The notes below the pieces were generated by a model. It did not search any database, was not told where the DNA came from, and saw only the letters and a list, made by a program, of their open reading frames with translations. Shown here in pieces: positions 62,227 to 64,000 of a DNA stretch of 64,000 bases. Origin of the DNA: Phoronis australis (taxonomy: Eukaryota; Animalia; Phoronida); the NCBI GenBank assembly GCA_002633005.1, contig NMRA01000352.1, forward strand, positions 1 to 64,000. The letters run 5' to 3'. The position numbers were made by a program, and so were the translations under genes. Each line of letters opens with the position of its first letter. Positions within the stretch are counted from its first letter, which is position 1.

Positions 62227-64000
62227 CTGGCTTAAACCTCATCTACAAAGGACTGGAGAACGTTCCGGTGTGTACTCATAGTCGCGATTGGGAGTTCTTG
62301 CCGCCTGTACATTTTGATAGAGGGTCTTGAACGAGTCGTGCGTGTGAGCTCAAATGTCGATAACATCCAGATTATGAGATGTTATCATTAGTTGGGTTTT
62401 CAACGATCGTATGAACCGCTTCTGGATCAATAATTTAACGAACAACCTGATCATGGTATATAGGCGGTAGTATGTAACCAATAATCAATAGGCTGGCGTC
62501 GATATATTAAAAGTTGGTAAAAATTACGGCATGGTTTCACGTAATAACCAATTGCCAGTACGAGTATTTTTGGAAGAGGGTTATTTTTGAAGACTGTTCA
62601 AAGAGTAGCTGACACCACGTAACGTTTTAAAGTATCCCATAATCACGAAGTTTTACCTACTTCATACATTCCTGAGATAATATAATTCGGAATAGTGTCA
62701 AAAGCGCTTTCCGTCGGCTCGTCAACAATAAGCATTAAACGCCCGCAACTGCATCAGTGGGAGTTTATGTCTTGTGCCTCCAAAAGAGAACGTCTTTCAC
62801 CATGTACTTTTTCGAATGTTAAACTCCGATATTGCGACACTTTTAAAAACTCCAGGCACAAAGGGTTCCATCACAGACCATGTACCAAAACAATCCTTTG
62901 TAAGTTGGCGCCATAATGAAAACCATATTGGAAATTTATTGAAAACCATTTCTAGAATATCTGTTATCACTGAAAAGTTACAGCCTCCAGAGAATATAAA
63001 ATTGCAAATGGGACTGTTGGACCTTATTAGTGTTAAAATACGAATATAGTGCTCTCAAGTCCAAAAATAGTCCTGCTCAAACTTTTTGCAGAGGAAACAA
63101 TAAAACAAAATAATAATTTAATGAGGTAAAAGCACTGATAACAAATTTCCGTGATGATTTCCAATATGGCGGCGAAACAGGCCACGCGAGACTAAATTTT
63201 GAACGGCCAGATTTGGATAAATATACGTCACGAGGATAAATAATAATTTATTTTCTTATAGTCTTAGTCATCGCCTGCTGTGTAATCGTCTGAATGGGAT
63301 GTAAACAAATCATCACTTGGAGTGCTTTACATATCATTATTCAAACAATTATTGTTTTTGTAGTTTCCTCTGCGAAATGGACTAAGATTTAACGTTTGCT
63401 CAACATTTCATATTTTGGACTTGACTAAAGCGCATATAATTAGCTTAGATTGTCGCATACTGATAAAACAGTCTGTGGCACACTCAGTAGTAAGAAAAGT
63501 GAACTTGAATCTGTCTGAGCCTTATGAGCTTGTATTACTCAACGATAACCCCTGGTCGTGGAAAGTGATAAATTGACCAAAGGCGTAAAAAGGTGGTGAA
63601 GTATTGTTTCTGTGAAAAACAAAGTATTCAAGGATTTAGGCAATGAAACAAGTTAATAGTACCGCCATATCTGATGAATTAATAAAACTACTAAAATACA
63701 ACAAATCAATAAATGCATTAAATGAACCTCATGACGCTGTTATGATTGTGAAGTGAAGGTACGCCGGGGCTTCAGGGAGTGAACACACTATTTATCACTG
63801 ACCTAAATTGGTCTTTGTTCGGTATCCAGGTGTGGGTAATAAAACATGGTAATTAAGCTTGATCAATAATAAAATCATCAAATATCATGCCAATAAAAAG
63901 AGTGCAGATGGGCTGATGCCTTTTGCGATACATCAGGCAAGTTTACGCCGCAAGCCCGGGCCCATTGACACTAATTACCTGAATATGACTTATGAGGACC

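Noticed and set aside
62230-63200. Core promoter, or a divergent gene starting at aatatggcggcg (~63163)
   Set aside because: A YY1-like ATGGCG motif is present but the ORF closes after nine codons and no TATA/Inr can be assigned with confidence.

Overview
AT-rich, intron-rich eukaryotic genomic DNA, most likely from a marine invertebrate bilaterian (inferred from the domain repertoire and repeat types). One minus-strand gene spans 62226 to 8970. I reconstructed it by hand as 33 GT-AG exons with compatible phases, 6369 nt of CDS and about 2122 aa. The product is a type I membrane mosaic protein: signal peptide - SUEL/rhamnose-binding lectin - CCP - TSP1 - PAN/apple - kringle - C-type lectin - CCP - F5/8C - 2xCCP - F5/8C - CCP - F-type lectin (FTP) - 3xCCP - SUEL - 8xCCP - TM - short basic tail ending in VxPx. 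The kringle exon, second SUEL exon, signal exon and several CCP exons are absent from the ORF track. The gene contains a real internal tandem duplication with readable breakpoints and a later in-frame deletion of the FTP module from one copy. Three near-identical direct duplications abut single-N joins and are probably haplotype assembly artefacts. Introns and flanks carry Penelope-like (GIY-YIG) remnants, a CR1-group LINE 3' end and several MITE/foldback elements, two of which have an empty site elsewhere in the window. No prokaryotic features, CRISPR, rRNA or intact tRNA were found.
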